This document shows, one piece after another, positions 58,427 through 64,000 of a stretch of DNA of 64,000 bases. Under the pieces are notes generated by a model, which saw only the letters and a list, made by a program, of their open reading frames with translations, made no database searches and had not been told where the DNA came from. Position numbers and translations under genes: made by a program. The stretch is from Chara braunii (lineage: Eukaryota > Plantae > Charophyceae): the NCBI GenBank assembly GCA_003427395.1, contig BFEA01000002.1, forward strand, positions 5,613,483 through 5,677,482. Reading direction: 5' to 3'. The stretch's first letter is position 1. Every line of letters starts with the position of its first letter.

Positions 58427-59605
58427 GGGTCTCGTTAGACACTCCTAAAGGATTCCTAAAGGATTTAGGACGAGTCCTAAAAGAATTTTAGGAATGGGTG
58501 CGGGACGCCCATCTATGTGTTTGATGATTGATTTTCAAGAGTTTCTATGGAATCAACTATCACAATCGTCAATCAAAAAAAAAGATTTGAAATATGTATT
58601 TACTATTTACTTATTGTAGTCTTACCTCTACTTGGTAGTTTAGTAGCAGGCGTGTTTGGTCGCTTTCTTGGTTCACGAGGGGCTGCCTTGGTAACAACCA
58701 CTTGTGTTCCAATTTCTTCAGATCTGTGTTTCATAGCTTTTTACACGCATTCCTAAAGAAAAGCTTTTAGGACTGGTCCTAAAGGGTATCCCGCGGCCCG
58801 TTTTCATATACGTATACGTAGCCGCGTGTACGATGTCCGCCCATTCCGGCCTCATGTCCGTGGTACACAGGGCGGCGGGCCATGCCCGGTTCATGACGGG
58901 GAGGTGAAAAGCCAGCGGACGCAGGCGTTCAAAATTTTGAATTGAAACTTTTGCAGACGCAGGGCGGCGGGCAGGAGGACAGCCATCGGACATGTATACA
59001 GCCTCCAGCCGGGAACAGAAGCGGCTTCTCCTGCGGCATCGACATCAGGCGTTACGTGCAGGACTCCGACAGGCGATGGAGATGGACCTTCGCAGCGGCG
59101 ACCATGCGCTGTGTGAAGAAGAGCATGAGGCTGTGGCATTGGCGGTGACGGCCGTTGTCATGAACACGATGAGCGACACGTCGTCGACACACCGGCGAAT
59201 GCGTTTGCAGGGGGGCACCGGTCCCGCCGCGCGAGTCATCGTCCTCGTCCGCGTTTCAAATCGAAGCTAACGGTTGACTACGGACGAGAGGGCACCCCCG
59301 CTTGCCCTCCACAGTCCACTTCGCCCTCCACGACTGGCCCGACGGACAGCTTCTGCACCATTGAGTCTGAGACAACGGTGCCACGCGCGCGTCGCCAAGA
59401 CTCCGTGAAATGTGGGTTCCTAAAAATTTTAGATGCTCGGGAGGAGGTAAAATTTTTAGGAACTTTTGCCTGGGGATTTCTAAATCCTTTAGGACTAGTC
59501 CTAACGCCGTTTTCACATTTTCATTCGCCAACTTGTATTTAGGAATGCGTGTAACCACACTGCATTCCTAAAAAATGGCATTTTTAGGAGTGTCTAACGA
59601 GACCC
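58427..59605. mobile_element. Non-autonomous PIF/Harbinger-type element (about 1.18 kb)
   Basis: 23-bp perfect TIR GGGTCTCGTTAGACACTCCTAAA; flanks CTA/TTA; a paralogous empty site AAATCC-TTA-GTTCGAC at about 59698-59713 supports a 3-bp TTA TSD; CCTAAA/TTTAGG subterminal repeats. Confidence 0.85.
58594..58744 (+). pseudogene. nad5: Mitochondrial nad5 5' fragment (NUMT)
   Basis: Removing a 7-bp TATTTAC duplication gives [48 protein letters not shown], matching the plant mitochondrial NAD5 N-terminus. Confidence 0.9.
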
Positions 59606-60063
59606 TTAGTTCGACGTCTGATTTACACTGCCTTAATAAATTAAATCCTTTCTTGCCATCTGCTACACTGACATCGGAATTTCCGATCTAATAAATTAAA
59701 TCCTTAGTTCGACATCTAATTTACACTGCCTTAATAAATTAAATCCTTTCTTGCCGTCTGCTACACTGACATCAGAATTGCCGAATGCGCGTTTCAAATA
59801 TCTCCATTGCTCACACCAAACAATTCGGGCTTCGGACTTGAGCACAAAGTTACGACAACCCTTGCTCTCTCGTGGTCATACAGGGTCTCTACCTTCTTCC
59901 ACCGAATACAATGTACGGAACGGTCATTTTAGCTGTATTTGAGGCATCTTTCAGTCTAGATACATTCTAACCGACCTGCCAGATTCTTTGGATTCCCCTA
60001 CGGTTCCCCCGATCATGTTCGCCGGAGCAGTCATTACCTCTCGAGGCTCTCGTGCTTTCCGGG

Positions 60064-60094
<31 letters not shown>

Positions 60095-60189
60095 CTTCTT
60101 CTTCTTCTTCACATTTCCTGCCTTTCTCTGCTCCTCTCCCCGACGTTGGCTCCTAGACTGCTTTATAGCTACCTGCTTCTTCTTTGGTC

Positions 60190-60470
60190 CTCGCGCGTTC
60201 AAAGTAGGTGACCAGCTTCGAAGAAGATATATTAAAGACTCAGCAGATTATTGACAGCATCCTTCAAGACCGGAATGAAAACGTAAGCCATGCAACCCAG
60301 ACATCTCCAACCATCTGTGAAAGTGGGATACGGCACCACCCACCGATGCGCTTCTACTGCTATGTCCTGACCATTGGGTGTTCAACGTTCGCTCGGTCTT
60401 ACCAATGTAGGTGGCTCGACACCAAGGAGAAACTCTGACATATACACAGCAATCAGGGTCGCCACCAAGT
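60190..60470 (-). mobile_element. GIY-YIG endonuclease remnant, Penelope-like retroelement
   Basis: VYVRVSPWCRATYIGKTERTL..W..H followed (frameshifted) by ESLIYLLRSWSPTLN. Confidence 0.6.
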
Positions 60471-60574
60471 CTGCTTGAGTGGCAGTGGTCATCAAAACCA
60501 CCAGTACATCTGAGGCCCTTTTGTACGAGGCGGATTCCCACTACGGGGCAGGCTTTGCCGAAATGCCGCACGCC

Positions 60575-60610
<36 letters not shown>

Positions 60611-61034
60611 CAAGTTTTGGGTGGCGTGCCGCCAGCCATTTTGGTGCGGTTGCACCCGACCTGCAATGTTTTCAGTGAGGATCAATCATTGATTGTGAAC
60701 TTGGCTGGGGCCATGTACTGGTGGTATAGGGGGGGGGGGGGGGGGCTTCGTAAGGCTACCTTGGAACACTGCCTGTTAGCATGCCCGCTGGCACTGCAAG
60801 TTATGGTCCCAGTTGAACTACTCAGCTTGGTTCTTCATTCATTTCGGGTAGTCAACGTCGATGGGGAATTAACCCCTTGTTACGGGGGCTGATGTCCAAA
60901 ATAGGTCGGCACCCTGGCAAGATTTTGAGCGCAGCCACACTCATGTTGGGGCTATCTGATTGTCGCCTTCTACTTTCGGCGAAGAGGGAATTTAAACCTA
61001 AGGGGGCCCTCTTTAAAATAAAAACATAAAATAA

Positions 61035-61096
<62 letters not shown>

Positions 61097-62220
61097 AGAA
61101 AAGAAAAGAAAAGAAGAAGGGAAAAAATATATTAGGGTGACGTTGTGTCGTCCTTGTTCATAGACAGGACACGGAAATCGCATGGCCCCAATCTCGATTC
61201 AATGTGTGATGCAGGTGGCTCTACAGTGATCAAGTGGCTATACGAGGGTCAACTTATGGGCATCTTAACGTCGTTTGATCATCCTCTTATCGCCATCTTA
61301 TCGTCATCTTATTTCCCCCGTTCATGTGTGTAATTCTGGTGCAAAGTGCCTTGCTAATCCACCTCCTCCTCGTCTTAAAGTTCCCATTTTTTACGGGTAT
61401 CGTCCATCTTATCGTCCATCTGATAGCCCTCCTGTCCTCAAGTAGTGAGACTTCAGATGTCCTCTTTATTGTCTATGTCGAATAGGGAAGAAAATGGCTG
61501 AAATAGCCTTGTTATGATAATCAGCTCAAGTGGAGATCAGCGACAATATTGGCCATTAGACACTGCCATGTAGGGTTGCGGGGGGTGGGGTAGGGGGAGG
61601 TGCAGTGACTGGCCGTTGCTCGGCGCTAGCACCGCCGATTTCCCCCATCGGCAATGCCTGCCCACCCCTCGTCACCGTGATGAGGGACTGGTACAGCCTT
61701 GCTCTCGCACCACAGCTGTGGTGCAAACCTACCCCGTGGGCTGGGGAGAGATCCGGGTTGGTTGGTGTTCCCCCGTACTATAAATAGACTAGTGAGAGGA
61801 TGAGATAGATGCCTACTACCAAGAACGATGAAATAGATTGAGAGAAGAATATAGATTACTTTAAAAAAGTAAAAAATAAAAATGATAAGTAACATGGTGG
61901 GGGGGGGAGGCGCTCACGGGTCTACCGGCGTGCATTTCCCGATTACCCGAGTCCTAGCATTCTCGCTGCAGATTACATAGGTCGACAGTTATGAGGATGT
62001 GATGCTCAGATGCTACCTGGCCTTTGATGCTCAGATGCTACCTGGCCTTTGCCTGCCAGATTTGTTACAACGACCAACTAAAAGATTCAGGGATGCTGGA
62101 ACGGCTTTCCAGCAGGTGCTGGTCCCCACCAATAAATGGAGCCACCCAGGGAGTGCTGGTAGTGCTGCCTGCTCTTATCAGCACCCCTAGCATCAGCTCG
62201 GGTTGTTCTTTGTTTAAATT

Positions 62221-62325
62221 AAAGAAGAAGAAGAAGAAGAAGACGAAGAAGAAGAAGAAGAAGAAGAAGCGGAGGAAGAAGAAGAAGAAGAAGAGGAGGA
62301 AGAAGAAGAAGAAGAAGAAGAAGAA
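62221..62325. repeat. (GAA)n microsatellite
   Basis: Directly visible. Confidence 0.9.
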
Positions 62326-63637
62326 TTGAAGAAGACTCAAGGGCAGTTGAGTTCCTGCAGTGCAGTACTCGTGATCCCACTAGCAACGGGATAGGATAGA
62401 AACGAGTTTGTGGGGCAGTTGAGTGACCCAAATCCCGCCGTGCAGTACTTCTGATCCCACGGTCAGTACTTTACATGTATTACCCGAAAAAGTAAGGAGA
62501 TCTTTGTTCCCGTCCTCCTCTCCTTAGCCGAAACTAGTCGGGTCCACGCCGCTGTTTCACATAATGTACGTCGCATCCGGGATTTTGTACCTGCGTATTG
62601 TCCACGTTTCCATCCTCTTCCTCTTCCTCCTCTTTGTCTTCTTTTCTCTTTCTTCTTCTTCCTCCTCCTTCTTGGAGCCCTTGTGCATGGTACTGTCGAT
62701 GACTGACTTTTTCTGAAGTATGTTCGTCGAAATTTTTGTCATACTACTACACCCCAAAAGAGGGTGGGGTCGGCCATAGGTCCACTGGATAGAAGATTTC
62801 CAGTATTTTGCTTGCTGTTGTGCAATTATTATCTCGTTGGGTGGATCCCTCCTTCAATCACGGAGTATATGGAGGATGTCAGCATCACTGCTGACAGAAG
62901 TCGATTTTATTCCAAAAAAATGTGGCCGTTACTTCGTTCACTGTTGTTGCAAACACCACCACCACCATCAGATCATTTGTGATCCAACGGCTGGGAAGCA
63001 CTCTGCCGTGATTTCCCTCCGGAGGTCTCTGTTTCTTTTTTTTTTTCTTTTGCCTTTCTCCTGTTTTCTCAGCCCAGAAATCCATTTCGTAATGAACATG
63101 TCAGCCGGCTGCCACTCAGTGTCACACTGGATCTGCCACACTCCTATCCGGCTGCTAATGGACTGACTGCACTGAGTACTTTGGCTCCTTTTTTTTATTT
63201 ATTTTTTATTTTTTTTTATTTTAAGGCCAACTTTTTTAAAGCCTAACCACTTCAATTACCTGTCATATCTCGACAGGACGGTCTTCCAGCCCTTTTTTAT
63301 TATCATTCCAGCCCTTTTTTATTATCACATTCCAGCCCTTTTTGGGCTGGATTGTGGTTTCCTTGCCCCAAACATGTTATTCTTTGCTAAAACGGCCTTC
63401 CGTCATCTTACTTATTTGAGTTGGAGCGTGGTTTCCTTGCCCCAAACAGAAATGCACGCCATATCATCTACCTAGACTGGAAGCATCAACTTGGAAAGCC
63501 GATGAGTATCAATGGGACGCTGGACCCGGTTTCCAGCACGTGCCGCTCCCCACCAATAGATGGAGCAGCCCAACAGATAAGCCCTCGATTCTGATGGTTC
63601 TCTTACCACCATCGGAACGGAGAGCTTACACCAGGGC

Positions 63638-63670
<33 letters not shown>

Positions 63671-64000
63671 CGAGACTGCGTGCTGGGGTGTCATGGTTTC
63701 AGAAGCACTGGGCGACCTGCCCCCCCCCCTCTTTGATAACTATTGATGAGTGCACCGGAGACTTCCAGTTTGGACCCTTCTTGCAGACATCAGTATAATG
63801 GCGGCCAAATCACAGGGGCTCTGCAGCGGATCATCATTCATGTCCTCTCCACTATGATTTGTCAGTCTTCAATCCTTTTAGTGACCTCCTTTGTTGCAAT
63901 AAATTTTAGTCTCCATTGTTTTTTATCGTAAAATCCTAAAATCGTAGATAATAGTGCACATATCGCCATATTCGAAGATTTTTTCCTTGTTCTTTAATTG

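Noticed and set aside
58441-59590. TTTAGG/CCTAAA motifs as interstitial telomere
   Set aside because: Dispersed, mixed orientation and confined to the subterminal arms of the TIR element
56930-61200. GHG/GHA-coding stretches (about 56945 and 61180, minus strand) as upstream polygalacturonase exons
   Set aside because: In-frame stops, no GDD/NTDG context and no suitable donor; upstream exons are probably outside the window

Overview
Eukaryotic nuclear DNA of the green lineage. The plant-type U6, plant-type EBP1, GH28 and mitochondrial nad5 sequences point to a streptophyte, possibly a large-genome charophyte alga (inference). The window is repeat-rich and has four N-gaps. Two protein genes are supported: a complete 9-exon EBP1/PA2G4 gene (+, 5549-29461, 416 aa) and the last coding exon of a GH28 polygalacturonase with a Gly/Glu-rich tail (-, 53352-54522). 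Most ORFs in the supplied track are microsatellite or low-complexity artefacts. The most striking hidden structure is RNA-level. Two large tandem arrays of single-family box C/D snoRNA-like units lie on the EBP1 strand: about 12 copies in EBP1 intron 4 guiding the LSU rRNA site equivalent to yeast Cm2197, and about 9 copies 3-5 kb downstream of the stop guiding the SSU site equivalent to human Am512. There are also about 7 U6 snRNA retrocopies, some with TSDs, nested in a SINE or captured in a MITE. Other elements include a PIF/Harbinger-type element carrying a mitochondrial nad5 fragment, a degenerate hammerhead-ribozyme-like motif, Penelope-like GIY-YIG and L1 remnants, three MITE families, tRNA-derived SINEs and a Nextera mate-pair adapter left in the assembly.
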